DNA of 64,000 nucleotides from an uncultured Candidatus Rokubacteria bacterium (GCA_963762145.1 CAVXJS010000007.1:128001-192000), one strand, 5' to 3'. Numbered from the stretch's first letter, positions 53,613-64,000 are shown. The notes: generated by a model from the sequence alone, not told the origin. Made by a program: numbers and translations.

Positions 53613-55436
53613 GTGGGGCGTCGTGGCGGCGCGGGGTTCGCCGTCTGCTTGGTCGTGGCTCTGGCCGTCGTGCTGCTGGCTCCGGGCCTCGGCCGTGCCC
53701 CCTTCGACGACCCCGGCGAGGGCCAGCACGCCGAGATCGCCCGGGAGCTGCTGGGGGGCAGCTGGCTCACGCTTCGGCTGAACGGCGTGCGCTACTTCGA
53801 CAAGCCGCCGCTGCTCTACTGGCTGACCGGCGCCTCGTTCCACCTCTTCGGCTTCACCGAGGGTGCGGCGCGCCTGGCGCCGCTGCTCGGCGCGCTGCTC
53901 GCCGTCGCGGCGACGACGCTGCTGGGTGTGCGCCTACTGGGTGTGAGTGGGGGTGTGCTCGCCGGCCTCGCGCTGCTGTCCTGCGCGCTGTTCGTGGCGT
54001 TCGGGCGGTACGTGAGGCCGGAGAGCTTGTTCGTGGCCTCTATTGCCTGGGGGTTTGCGGGGCTGCTGATGGCGGGTACTCGTTTAGTTCCTCAGGCTCT
54101 TCATATGCGGGGGCCCAGAAATGGCCCCCGCACTCCCCCATTGGCGGACACTCGTTTCGGCGCGGTCTGGCCGGTCGTCGGCTGCACCGCGCTGGGGATG
54201 GCGGCGCTGGCGAAGGATCCGTTGGGGCTGCTCGGGCCGCTCGGGGCCATCGCGATCGCGGCGGCGCTGGCGGGGCGCTTCCGGCCGGTGCGCGCGTGGC
54301 TGCCGCCCGTCGGGGTCGCGCTCATGGTCGCCATCGGCCTCGGCTGGTACGCGGTGGCCGCGGTGACCGAGCCCGCGTTCCTCTGGTACACGGTGGTGGA
54401 CAACCACGTGCTGAATGTCGCGCGGATGCGGGAGTTCCCCGACGAGGACGTGCCGCTCTCCGCGCTGGAGTTCCTGGCCGCGGCCGGCTTCGGGGCGTTC
54501 CCGTGGATCCTGGCCGCGCTGGTGGCGGTGGGCACGCTCGTTCGTGCGCGGGCCTGGCGCGATCCCGCGGAGCTGCCGTGGGTGGCTCTCGCGGTGTGGG
54601 CGGTGGGCGTGCTGGCCCTCTTCACGGTCTCGCCGTTCAAGCTGCCCCATTACGGCCTGCCCGCCTATCCCGCGCTGGCGTTGCTCGCGGCGCGCGCGTG
54701 GCGCGACGTGGCGCCGCGCCCGCGCCGCCTCATCGCGGCGCACCTCGCGCTCTTCCTGCTCGCGGGAGCGGGCTGCGCGTGGGCCGCCGCGGGCGATGGG
54801 CAGGCCTTCACGGAGGCGGTGTTCGGCGTCTCCGACGTGTACTCGCGCAAGGAGGCGGCGCTCGGGCAAGCGTCGCCCTATCCCGCGTGGTCGTCGCTGC
54901 AGCCGCTGGTGGCGTGGGCCGCGGTGGTGCTGCTCGCGGGCGCGGCGGTGCTGGCCATCGCGGCGGCGCGGCGCTCCGCGCGCGTGGGCGCGTGGACGGT
55001 GGCGGGGGTGATGCTCCTGCTGGTCCCGACGGTGGCGACCGGCCTCGCGCTGACGTCCTCGGCGCGCGCGGTCACGGTGATGGCGGCGGAGATCCGGGCG
55101 CGGCTCGGGCCCGGCGACCTGCTCGTGCTGGAAGGGCCCATCGAGAACGCGGGCGCGGTGGAATTCTACTCCGGGCATCGGCCGGTCCTCCTGGACGCGG
55201 AGCGCAGCGTCCTCGGCATCGGCGCCACCTTCGCCGACGCGGCCGGGACCTTCTGGAGCGCCCCGCGCTTTGCGGAAGCCTGGGCGTCGCCCCGGCCGCC
55301 CTATCTGCTGACCACGCGCGAGCCCGCGCAGAGCGTCGTGGCCTCGCTCCCCCCGCGGAGCGCCCGCCTGCTCTTCGCCCACAACGGCCGCTGGCTCTAC
55401 GGCCGGGCCCCCGCCACGGATCCGGGCTCGCGCTGA
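53613..55436 (+). CDS. ArnT/PMT-like (GT-C) glycosyltransferase with an in-frame repeat insertion
   Basis: DPGEG, YFDKPPLLYW and KLPHY motifs; multiple TM helices. Confidence 0.88.
   Translation: MGRRGGAGFAVCLVVALAVVLLAPGLGRAPFDDPGEGQHAEIARELLGGSWLTLRLNGVRYFDKPPLLYWLTGASFHLFGFTEGAARLAPLLGALLAVAATTLLGVRLLGVSGGVLAGLALLSCALFVAFGRYVRPESLFVASIAWGFAGLLMAGTRLVPQALHMRGPRNGPRTPPLADTRFGAVWPVVGCTALGMAALAKDPLGLLGPLGAIAIAAALAGRFRPVRAWLPPVGVALMVAIGLGWYAVAAVTEPAFLWYTVVDNHVLNVARMREFPDEDVPLSALEFLAAAGFGAFPWILAALVAVGTLVRARAWRDPAELPWVALAVWAVGVLALFTVSPFKLPHYGLPAYPALALLAARAWRDVAPRPRRLIAAHLALFLLAGAGCAWAAAGDGQAFTEAVFGVSDVYSRKEAALGQASPYPAWSSLQPLVAWAAVVLLAGAAVLAIAAARRSARVGAWTVAGVMLLLVPTVATGLALTSSARAVTVMAAEIRARLGPGDLLVLEGPIENAGAVEFYSGHRPVLLDAERSVLGIGATFADAAGTFWSAPRFAEAWASPRPPYLLTTREPAQSVVASLPPRSARLLFAHNGRWLYGRAPATDPGSR
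54102..54139 (-). repeat. Second copy of the intragenic palindromic element (inverted)
   Basis: CATATGCGGGGGCCCAGAAATGGCCCCCGCACTCCCCC is the exact reverse complement of 45840-45877. Confidence 0.95.
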
Positions 55437-56053
55437 TGCTGACCAATCTGATCATCCAGTTCAGCTATCCGGGCGTGTTCCTGGTCCTCCTCGCCACCGG
55501 TCTGGGGCTCCCGATCCCGGAAGAGCTGCCGATCGTCATCGCGGCCATGATGTCGCGCTGGCAGGTGATGCACTGGTGGGGCGCGCTGCTGTCCTGCCTG
55601 GGCGGCGTGCTCGCCGGCGACATGCTGCTCTACTGGGTGGGCCGGCACTTCGGCCGGCGCATCCTCGAGTGGCCGGCCGCGCGACGCATCCTGACGCCGG
55701 AGCGCGAGGCCCGCGTGATGGACGCCTACCACCGCCACGGCCTCAAGTTCGTGATCATGGCCCGGCTCGTCATGGGCCTGCGCGCGGCCGCCTTCCTGAC
55801 CGCGGGGCTGGTCCGGGTTCCGTTTCCCCGCTTCCTCCTGGTGGACGTGGCCGCGGTGCTGCTGAGCGTGCCGCTGGCCTTCGGCCTGGCCTACGCGGTG
55901 GCGGACTCGGTGGCGGTCGCGCTGGCTTACGTGCACGAGATGCAGCTCTGGATCGGCGGAGCGGTCCTGCTCATCGCGGCGGTGTGGCTCCTCGTTGTGG
56001 TGTGGAGGCGCCGGCGTCGGGGCCGGCCGCCGGGCACGCGCGGGGCCCTGTGA
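55436..56053 (+). CDS. DedA family protein
   Basis: GLPIPEE, GD..LYWVGR.FG and AR...GLR motifs. Confidence 0.9.
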   Translation: MLTNLIIQFSYPGVFLVLLATGLGLPIPEELPIVIAAMMSRWQVMHWWGALLSCLGGVLAGDMLLYWVGRHFGRRILEWPAARRILTPEREARVMDAYHRHGLKFVIMARLVMGLRAAAFLTAGLVRVPFPRFLLVDVAAVLLSVPLAFGLAYAVADSVAVALAYVHEMQLWIGGAVLLIAAVWLLVVVWRRRRRGRPPGTRGAL

Positions 56054-56068
56054 TATCGTGAGCCCAAC

Positions 56069-57499
56069 GTGACCGACTACCTGCGCACGCTGTTTCTCCA
56101 TCCCCCCGCGGTGGCCGGCTTCGACGGTGGCGCGGGCTCGCGCTATCAGGCCAAGCGCGAGGTCCGCTCATTCTGGTACCCGACCTGGCTGGCCCAGCCC
56201 GCCGCGCTGGTGCCGGGCTCCCGCCTGGTTGACGCCCCGCCGGACGGTCTCACGGTGGACGACGTGCGGCCGCTCGCGAAGCAGTACGACCTCTGCGTCA
56301 TGCACACCAGCACGCCCTCGTTCGCCTCGGACGTGCGCGTGGCCGAGACGCTCAAGGCCGAGAACCCCGCGCTCGTCATCGGGCTCGTGGGGGCCGCGGT
56401 GGCGGTCGCCCCGGCGACCTCGCTCCAGGCGAGCGCGGCGCTGTCGTTCGTGGCCCGGAACGAGTTCGACTTCACGATCCAGGAGGTGGCCCAGGGCCGT
56501 CGCTTCGCCGACGTCACCGGGCTGTCCTACCGGCTCAACGGCCACGTGGAGCACACGCCGGAGCGCCCGACGCTCGAGAACATGGACGCGCTGCCCTTCG
56601 TGACCCCGGTCTACAAGCGCGACCTCACCGTCGAGCACTACGCCATCGGCTACCTCCAGCACCCCTACGTCTCGCTCTACACCGGTCGCGGCTGCCGCTC
56701 GAAGTGCACGTTCTGCCTCTGGCCGCAGACGGTGGGCGGGCAGCGGTACCGCACCCGCAGCCCCGACCACGTGGCCGAGGAGATGGCGCAGGCGGCCCGG
56801 ATGTTCCCGCAGGTGCGCGAGTTCTTCTTCGACGACGACACGTTCACCGACGATCTGCCGCGCGCGGAGGCGATCGCGAAGCGGCTCGGCCCGCTCGGCA
56901 TCACCTGGTCGGTCAACGCCAAGGCCAACGTGCCCTACGCGACGCTCAAGGTGCTCCGGGACAACGGGCTCCGGCTCCTCCTGGTGGGCTACGAGTCCGG
57001 CAACCAGGCCATTCTCAACAACGTGAGGAAGGGCGTGCGCCTCGACGTCGCGCGGCGCTTCACCCGCGACGCCCGGTCGCTCGGCATCGCCATCCACGGC
57101 ACCTTCATCCTGGGCCTGCCCGGCGAGACGCGGGAGACCATCGCGGAGACCATCCGGTTCGCCACCGAGATCGATCCGGGCACCATCCAGGTCTCGCTGG
57201 CCGCGCCGTACCCGGGCACCGCGCTCTACGAGGAGGCGCAGCGCAACGGCTGGCTCGAATCCGACGAGCTGGTGGACGGTGCCGGGGTGCAGGTGAGCGC
57301 GATCGGGTACCCGCACCTCTCGCGCACCGAGATCTTCCGCTCGGTGGACCAGTTCTATCGCCGCTTCTACTTCCGCCCGCGCAAGATGCTCTCCCTCGGC
57401 GCCGAGATGCTCCGTGACCGCCAGGTCATGAAGCGCCGCCTCTCCGAGGGCCGCGACTTTCTCAAGTTCCTGCGCTCGCACCGGAGCCCCTCACCCTAA
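56069..57499 (+). CDS. hpnJ: HpnJ-like radical SAM protein
   Basis: GFDGGAGSRYQA.RE..SFWYPTWLAQ N-terminus, GRGCRSKCTFCLWPQT and FFDDDTF motifs. Confidence 0.88.
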   Translation: MTDYLRTLFLHPPAVAGFDGGAGSRYQAKREVRSFWYPTWLAQPAALVPGSRLVDAPPDGLTVDDVRPLAKQYDLCVMHTSTPSFASDVRVAETLKAENPALVIGLVGAAVAVAPATSLQASAALSFVARNEFDFTIQEVAQGRRFADVTGLSYRLNGHVEHTPERPTLENMDALPFVTPVYKRDLTVEHYAIGYLQHPYVSLYTGRGCRSKCTFCLWPQTVGGQRYRTRSPDHVAEEMAQAARMFPQVREFFFDDDTFTDDLPRAEAIAKRLGPLGITWSVNAKANVPYATLKVLRDNGLRLLLVGYESGNQAILNNVRKGVRLDVARRFTRDARSLGIAIHGTFILGLPGETRETIAETIRFATEIDPGTIQVSLAAPYPGTALYEEAQRNGWLESDELVDGAGVQVSAIGYPHLSRTEIFRSVDQFYRRFYFRPRKMLSLGAEMLRDRQVMKRRLSEGRDFLKFLRSHRSPSP

Positions 57500-57534
57500 C
57501 CCTCTCCCCTCCGGGGAGAGGGCAGGGTGAGGGG
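57487..57534. repeat. BoxC-like palindrome supplying the hpnJ stop codon
   Basis: CCCCTCACCCTAACCCTCTCCCCTCCGGGGAGAGGGCAGGGTGAGGGG; its TAA (57497-57499) ends hpnJ. Confidence 0.9.
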
Positions 57535-57554
57535 CGTGCTAGCATGTTTATGTG

Positions 57555-59149
57555 ATGAAAGTGCTCGTCATCGACACGATCGCGCCGGAAGGCATCGCCT
57601 ATCTGGCCGAGCGCGGATTCCAGGTGGACCAGGTCTCGAGCAAGCTGCCCAAGGGCGAGCTGTACGCGCGGCTCGGCGACTACGAGGCGATCATCACGCG
57701 CTCCTCGACCGCGGTGACGTCGGAGTTCCTGGGCCGGGCGCGGCGGCTGCGCATCCTGGGTCGCGCCGGGGTCGGCGTGGACAACATCGACGTCGACGCG
57801 TGCTCGCGCCAGGGCGTGGTGGTGGTCAACGCGCCCTACGGCAACGTGGTCTCCGCCGCCGAGCACACCGTGGGCATGCTGCTCGCGCTGGTCCGCAAGA
57901 TCCCGGCCGCCAACGACTCGCTCAAGCGGCTCCGATGGGACCGGGGCATCTACGGCTCCGAGCTCTATCGCAAGACGGCGGGGGTGCTCGGGCTCGGCAA
58001 GGTCGGCTCGCGCGTGGCGGCCCGGCTGCGCGCCTTCGACATGGAGGTCCTCGTCTACGATCCGTACATCCCGGAGAGCCGCGCGCGCGACCTCGGCGTG
58101 CGGCTGACCGACCTGCGGACCGTGCTAGCCGGGCCGACGTCATCACCGTGCACGTGCCGCTCTCCGACGAGACCGAGAACATGATCGGGGCGCGCGAGCT
58201 CGCCGCGCTCAAACCGGGCGCGCGCATCGTCAACTGCGCGCGCGGCGGCATCGTCAACGAGGCGGACTTGCTGGCCGCGCTCGACTCGGGCCACGTGGCG
58301 GGCGCCGCGGTCGACGTGTGGAGCGAGGAGCCGCCGGAGTCGCCCGCGGTCAAGCGCCTGATCGCGCATCCGCGGGTGGTGGTCACGCCGCACCTCGGCG
58401 CCAACACCCAGGAGGCGCAGGTCAACGTGGCGGTCGACGTGGCGCGGCAGCTCGTGGCCTTCCGCGACGGCGAGCTGGTCGAGCACGCGGTCAACATCCC
58501 GGTGGGCGACCGGGAGACCATGGCCGAGCAGCGGCCCGTTCCTGCGCCTGGCGGAGATGCTCGGGCGGTTCTGCGTGCAGCTCGAGCCGGACAACGTCGA
58601 GCGCGTGGAGGTGGTGGTCGCCGGCCAGGTCGCCCGGTGCGACCCCGAGCTGATCGCCCGCGCGGTGCTGAAGGGCCTGCTCGAACCCGTGACCGCGCAG
58701 GCCGTCAATCTCGTCAACGCGCACCTGGTCGCGCGGGAGCGCGGCCTCGAGATCGCCGTGCACACCGACGAGGAGGCCGGCTCCGGCTACACCAACCTGA
58801 TCACGGTCACGACCCAGGCGGGCGACGGCGAGGAAGATCATCGCGGGCACGGTGTTCGACGGCGTCCCGCGCATCGTCCGGCTGAAGGATCTGCACATCG
58901 AGTTCATTCCCGAGGGGCATATCCTCGTGCTCTCCTACGAGGACCGGCCCGGCATGGTGGGCAAGATCGGCTCCATCCTCGGCCGCCACAACGTCAACAT
59001 CGCCTCCATGCACGTGGGGCGCCGCACCAAGCGGGGCCGCGCCATCGTCGTGCTGCTGCTCGACGAGGACGTCGCCCACGAGGTGCATGGAGGAGGTCGA
59101 AAAGAGCGTGGAGGCCGATTTCGCGCGCATCGTCCGGTTGGGCCCGTGA
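57555..59149 (+). CDS. serA: D-3-phosphoglycerate dehydrogenase (frameshifted)
   Basis: GRAGVGVDNID, GLGKVG, NCARGG, TPHLGA and ACT domain DRPG motifs. Confidence 0.92.
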
Positions 59150-59552
59150 GGCCCGCGCCTCCGGATGCCGAGGCGCGCGGGTTCGTGACGCGGCCGTGGG
59201 GCGGGTTCGTGACGATCGAGGAGGGCCCCGGGTACAAGGTCAAGCGGCTCGTCGTGGAGCCCGGCGCGCGGCTGAGCCTGCAGCGGCATCGGCTTCGCGC
59301 CGAGAGCTGGATCGTGGTCAGCGGCGCCCCGCGCGTGATCGTCTCGGGGCGCGCCGGCGGGTCCGGGCACGGGACGTGGTCGACGTCCCGCGCGGCGCGT
59401 GGCACCGCATCGAGAACCCCGGCCGCGTGCCGGTGGTCATCATCGAGGTCCAGCACGGGCCGTATCTCGGCGAGGACGACATCATCCGCCGCCAGGACGA
59501 CTACGGCCGCGCCGGTACGGCCAAGCCCGGCCCGAAGCGACGCAAGGCGTAG
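59146..59552 (+). CDS. Mannose-6-phosphate isomerase type II C-terminal cupin protein (frameshifted)
   Basis: RPWG, LSLQRH and IIEVQHG.YLGEDDI.R..DDYGR motifs. Confidence 0.85.
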
Positions 59553-59575
59553 AGAGGCAGGAGTGTCCGCCCACC

Positions 59576-59649
59576 TGCGGTTGCCCGACCGGCGCGCCGC
59601 AGTGGCCCGGCGAGGCGCAGCCGAAGGCGAGCCGAGCGGATAAATAAAG
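59576..59649. repeat. Single diverged relative of the 69-bp tandem unit
   Basis: GGCGAGGCGCAGCCGAAGGCGAGCCGAGCGGATA (59609) vs GGCGAGCCGCAGCCGAAGGCGAGGCGAGCGAATA (5943); GGTTGCCC also shared. Confidence 0.75.
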
Positions 59650-59699
59650 CATCTCACGGCAGCAGCCCACAGCGGAAAGCCCCGACCCCATCAACCTCA

Positions 59700-59736
59700 C
59701 CCCTCACCCTGCCCTCTCCCCTGAGGGGAGAGGGGG
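59700..59736. repeat. BoxC-like element
   Basis: CCCCTCACCCTGCCCTCTCCCCTGAGGGGAGAGGGGG. Confidence 0.9.
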
Positions 59737-59752
59737 AGATACGGAGCCAGCG

Positions 59753-60109
59753 ATGCCCATCAAGACCCGCTACCTGTTCAGCGCCGCCATGGACGTCGAC
59801 CCCGCCCAGGAGCGCCTCTTCAACGAGGTCTACGACCAGGAGCACGTGCCGAGCCTGCTCACCGTGCCGGGGGTCGTCGCGGTGTCGCGCTACGAGATGC
59901 AGCCGCTCACGATGAGCATCGGCGGGCAGCTCAAGACTATCGTGATCGAGGGCGCGCCAAAGTACAGTGCGCTCTATGAAATCGAGACGCCCGACGTGCT
60001 GGTGACGGAGGCGTGGGCCAAGGCCGTCGAGAAGGGGCGCTGGCCGGCCCAGGTGCGGCCGCACACGCGCAACCGGCAGCATATCCTCTACCGGCGCCTC
60101 GGCGCCTAG
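59753..60109 (+). CDS. Hypothetical EthD-like protein
   Basis: FNEVYDQEHVP.LL.VPG and PKY.ALYEI motifs. Confidence 0.75.
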   Translation: MPIKTRYLFSAAMDVDPAQERLFNEVYDQEHVPSLLTVPGVVAVSRYEMQPLTMSIGGQLKTIVIEGAPKYSALYEIETPDVLVTEAWAKAVEKGRWPAQVRPHTRNRQHILYRRLGA

Positions 60110-60117
60110 CCGCCGGA

Positions 60118-60765
60118 TCAGCGCATCAAGCTCGAGATGTGGAGGTAGAGCGCTAGGAGCCCCAGGTACTCGTGCAGCACGGATTCGCTACAGCGGCGGA
60201 GGCGCCACCAGGGGTCGGCGGCGGTGCAGTCGTCGGGCACCGTCGCCAGCGCGGCCCTCGATGGCGCCGCCGCTCTCGCGCCGCCAGATGAGCTGGACGC
60301 GGCGGCCGTGGAACGGGCTCGTGACCAGGATCAGCCGGCGCCAGCCGCGGTCCCGGGCCGCCGCGGCCACCGCGCGCAGCTCCGTCTCGGTGATCTCCAC
60401 CGGCTGGTCGAGGATGAGGATGGCGTCCCGGGGCACGCCGTATCGCTCCAGGGCGGCGACCGATTCGCCCTGGAAGTCGAGCCGGCGGACCCCCATGTCG
60501 ATGAGCCGCTGGACACGCCCGGGCACGAACTGGCGCGAGACCAGCAGCCCGCAGGGGCCCAGCCGCTTCGGAAGAGCTCTGCCGCCGTCTCCTCCCGGCT
60601 GGGGGTGCTGCCGGCCACCACCACGATCGCGTCGGCCCGCTCGCGCGGATCGTCGACCACGAGGACCTGGCCGGTCGCGCGCAGCAGGGGACGGTGGGCG
60701 AGGGCGCCCAGGCCCGCGACCGCGAGCAGGACGATCAGCGTCACCCGGACCGTGCGACGGGTCAC
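60118..60765 (-). CDS. YdcF/DUF218 family protein (frameshifted)
   Basis: ADAIVVVAG, LVTSPFH.RR and HEYLG motifs. Confidence 0.8.
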
Positions 60766-60852
60766 CGGCGGGGCCCGCGCGGCGCCCGCGCTTCCAAAAA
60801 CTTGGGGCCTCCACCCCACGGACGGTACGATGACGGCCAGGAGGTACTACCC

Positions 60853-61266
60853 ATGAGACGTTTCGTCGTCCTGTCCCTGATTGTTTTCGCGCTGACTGCG
60901 TGCGCGTCGTCGGCGCCCAAGCTGCAGCGCAGCGAGTTCGAGGACATCCCGGTGCCCAAGGGCCTCGCGCTGGACTCGAACCAGCTCCACCATCATCGAG
61001 TCGCCGCACGGTGAAGGCGGCCCGCTCTTCTACAAGGGCCGCATCGAGCCGGACAGCCTGTCGGCTCGCGTTCCGCACGACGCTCGAGGCCAACGGCTGG
61101 AGGCACCTCTCGTCGACGACCGCGTCCGACAAGGGCACCACGCAGGTGTACGAGAAGGCCGGCAGCTCGCTCCAGGTCCTGATCTACGAGAGCTGGTACT
61201 ACACCTGGGTCGAGATGTCGGCGACGCGGATGGTGCGGGCAGGCGTCGGCGCAGCTCAAGCCGTAG
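60853..61266 (+). CDS. Lipoprotein (frameshifted)
   Basis: AGGAGG RBS; lipobox LTAC; FEDIPVP; NGW. Confidence 0.7.
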
Positions 61267-61293
61267 TTCCGGCGCCACGGCGGCGGCGCCCGC

Positions 61294-62821
61294 TCAGGGG
61301 CGCCGCCAGCGTCGCCCGCTGCGCTCGATGAGCGTGTCGGCCTCGTCCGGGCCCCAGGTGCCCGCCTCGTAGGTCGGGAACTTGCGCGGTCGCCCGTGCG
61401 CCCAGCGCGTCGAGCACGGGTGAGAGCAGCTCCCACGCCAGCGTCGACCCAGTCGCCGCGCGCGTAGAGCGTGGCGTCGCCCTTCATCGCGTCGAGCAGC
61501 AGGCGCTCGTAGGCCTCGGGCGGCTCGCCGCCGAAGGCCTGGCCGTAGTCGAAGTCCATCTCCACCGGACTTGATCCGCAGCTCGCGGCCCGGGCAGCTT
61601 GGCGCCGAAGCGACAGCGACATGCCCTCGTCGGGCTGGATGCGGAGGACGAGCAGGTTGGGCTCGGCGAGGATGCTCGGGATTGCGCCGGAAGACGAGGT
61701 GCGGCGTGCGCTTGAACTGCACCGCGATCTCGCTCGCGCGCTTGGGCAGGCGCTTGCCGGTGCGCAGGTAGAACGGCACGCCCGCCCACCGCCAGTTGTC
61801 GACGGTCGAGCTCGGAGCGCGGCGTAGGTCTCGGTGATCGACTCGCGGCGAGACGCCCTGCTCCTCGCGATAGCCGCGCACGCGGCTGGCCGCCGACGAA
61901 GCCGGGGCCGTACTGGCCGCGCACGGCGACGCGGTCCACGTCGTCGGCCGGGATGGGTCGGATCGCGCGCATGACCTTGATCTTCTCGTCGCGCACCGGG
62001 ATCGGCGTCGAAGGTCACCGGCGGCTCCATCGCGACCAGGCAGAGGAGCTGCAGGATGTGGTTCTGGATCATGTCGCGCAGCGCGCCGGACTCCTCGTAG
62101 TAGGCGCCGCGCGCCTCGACGCCGATGCGTCTCGCCGACCGTGATCTGCACGTGGTCGACGTGATTCCGGTTCCACAGCGGCTCGAAGATGCCGTTGGCG
62201 AAGCGGAACACGAGGATGTTCTGGACCGTCTCCTTGCCGAGGTAGTGGTCGATCCGGTAGACCTGGTCCTCGCTGCACGCCGAGGCCACGACCTGGTTGA
62301 GCGCCCGCGACGAGGCGAGGTCGCGGCCGAACGGCTTCTCGATGACGATGCGCACCCAGCCCTGGCTGCCCGTCCGGCGCGCGGTTGAGGCCCGCCTCGC
62401 CGAGCCTGCGTGACGAGGTGCGGGTAGAGCGACGGGCGGCGTCGACGACGTAGAAGAGCCGGTTGCCGCCGGTGCCGCGCTCGCTGCTCGACGCCGCGCA
62501 CGTAGGCGTCGAGGCCCGGGTACATCGCGGCGTCGGCGGGATCGCCGGCATAGTAGAAGAGGGCCTGCGCGAAGCGATCCCACACCCGGGTCGACGGCGG
62601 CTGCACGCGCGCGAAGTCGGTGATGGCCTCGCGCATGCGGGCGCGGAACTGCTCGTTGTCATCTCGGTGCGCGCCGACGCCGACCACCGCGAACGGCTCG
62701 GGGAGCACGCGGCTCTGGAACATCGACCAGAGGGCGGGGACGAGCTTGCGGCTTGCGTCAGGTCCCCGGAGGCGCCGAAGATGACCAGGACGCAGGATTC
62801 GTCCGCGGACGGGCTTGCCAT
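61294..62821 (-). CDS. zwf: Glucose-6-phosphate 1-dehydrogenase (frameshifted)
   Basis: [22 protein letters not shown] and [13 protein letters not shown] motifs. Confidence 0.93.
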
Positions 62822-62836
62822 CGGGAGACTCGCTCG

Positions 62837-64000
62837 TCAGAGCCTGCCGCGTCGCCGTCCGCGCGATCTGCAGGAGCTGCTGCAGGCCCTGGGCGGCTTG
62901 CCGGTGAGGTGGAGGCGGATGACCCGGCGCGCCGCCGTCGCGCAGCGTCTCGAGATCGCCCTGCGCCTGGGCGGCCTTGAGCGTCGAGAAGCCGTAGCCC
63001 GCGCCCGGGATGGTGAGGTCGTCCTTGTCCTCGCCGGTGATCTGGATGAACAGCCCGTTGGTCGGGCCGCCCTTGTGGAGCTGGCCGGTCGCGTGCAGGT
63101 AGTCGCGGCCCGAGGCCGACCGTCGTCGCGATGCGCAGCCGGTCGCGCAGAGGCACGCGGAGCGCCTGCAGGATCGGCTCACGGTCTCCGCGGTCGGCGG
63201 CAGGTAAGCCTGAGGATGCGCGACGTAGTCGCCCGGCTCGGCCTGCGCGAGGTGCGCGGCGAGGCCCTCTGCCGACGCGAGGTCGGCTGGCGCGTTCGAC
63301 TGCGCCAGGAGCGCCACGGCCGTCTTCCTCCGCGGCGACGGGCCACTCCGGCAGGCGGCGCAGCGTCCGCCAGCTCGGAGAGGAGCGCGGCTCGTCCTCT
63401 CCTTGGCCGCGCGCGACGTCGGGCTCGTCGAACGGGATTCACGCCGAGCACGGCGGCCGCGGTCGCCGTCGCCAGCTCCCACCGGAAGAACTCGGCGCCG
63501 ATGTCGAGCGGGTCCTTGAGCCGGTAGCCGGATCACGGGGTGCCCGGCCGTCCGAGAGCTTCGCGAGGGCCGCGTCGTAGCGTCGTGTCGCCGTCGAGGA
63601 CGAGGGCCACGAAGACGCGGTCCTCGCCGTACACCGTCGGGCGCGCCGAGCGGCTCGTCCACTACCGGCACGAGGCCCGGTGCCGTCCTTGCCGAGCGAC
63701 TCGGCGAGGAGCTGCTCGATCCATGCGCCCGAGGGCGCGGATCTTCTCGGAGAGCACCAGCGTGACCTTGTCGCGGCCGGCCCGCGCGAGCCCGGCCAGC
63801 GCCGCGCCGAGCTGCACCGCGGGATTGTCGCGCACGGCCCACCTCGTCGCCGCAGCGCTCGACCATGGCCTGGGCGCGCTCGAGCAGGGTCTTGATGTCG
63901 ACGCCGATCAGGGCGGCGGGCACGAGCCCGAAGAACGACAGCGCGGAGTAGCGGCCGCCGATGGACGCGGGGTTGAGGAAGGTGCGGCGGAAGCCGGTCT
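62837..64000 (-). CDS. pgi: Glucose-6-phosphate isomerase (possibly Tal/Pgi fusion), C-terminal part, frameshifted
   Basis: GGRYSALSFFG, EQLLAES.GK, YLHATGQLHKGGP and AQAQGD motifs. Confidence 0.85.

Noticed and set aside
58100-64000. Inactivation of serA, zwf and pgi
   Set aside because: Core genes with dense indels but conserved motifs; most likely sequencing artefact.

Overview
High-GC (roughly 70%+ by eye) bacterial chromosomal segment. Gene content and repeat families resemble Ca. Rokubacteria/Methylomirabilota, but that assignment is inference. Genes in order: CoA-transferase and HpcH aldolase; a sugar ABC module whose binding protein is fused to a permease; two LIV-type ABC operons; a split CFA-synthase/GGR-type reductase mini-operon; an acyl-CoA ligase with a heme-c (CxxCH) class III cyclase; fbp-fbaB; ettA; a 4-GAF kinase with a NarL-type regulator; rnd; a ~15 kb type II PKS/FAS-like lipid cluster (2 KS, 2 CLF, ACP, acyltransferase, GT2 plus halogenase-like enzyme, exporter, ArnT-like GT, DedA, HpnJ-like radical SAM); serA, zwf and pgi. 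At least four families of small palindromic repeats are present. One family is inserted in frame, in opposite orientations, in two genes of the lipid cluster. Each copy is flanked on the same element-relative side by a ~150-180 bp tract of atypical A/T-ending codons. Dense frameshifts at ~26.5-32.2 kb, ~47-52.2 kb and ~58-64 kb look like sequencing/assembly indel errors, so gene ends there are approximate. No rRNA, tRNA, CRISPR array or transposase was recognised.
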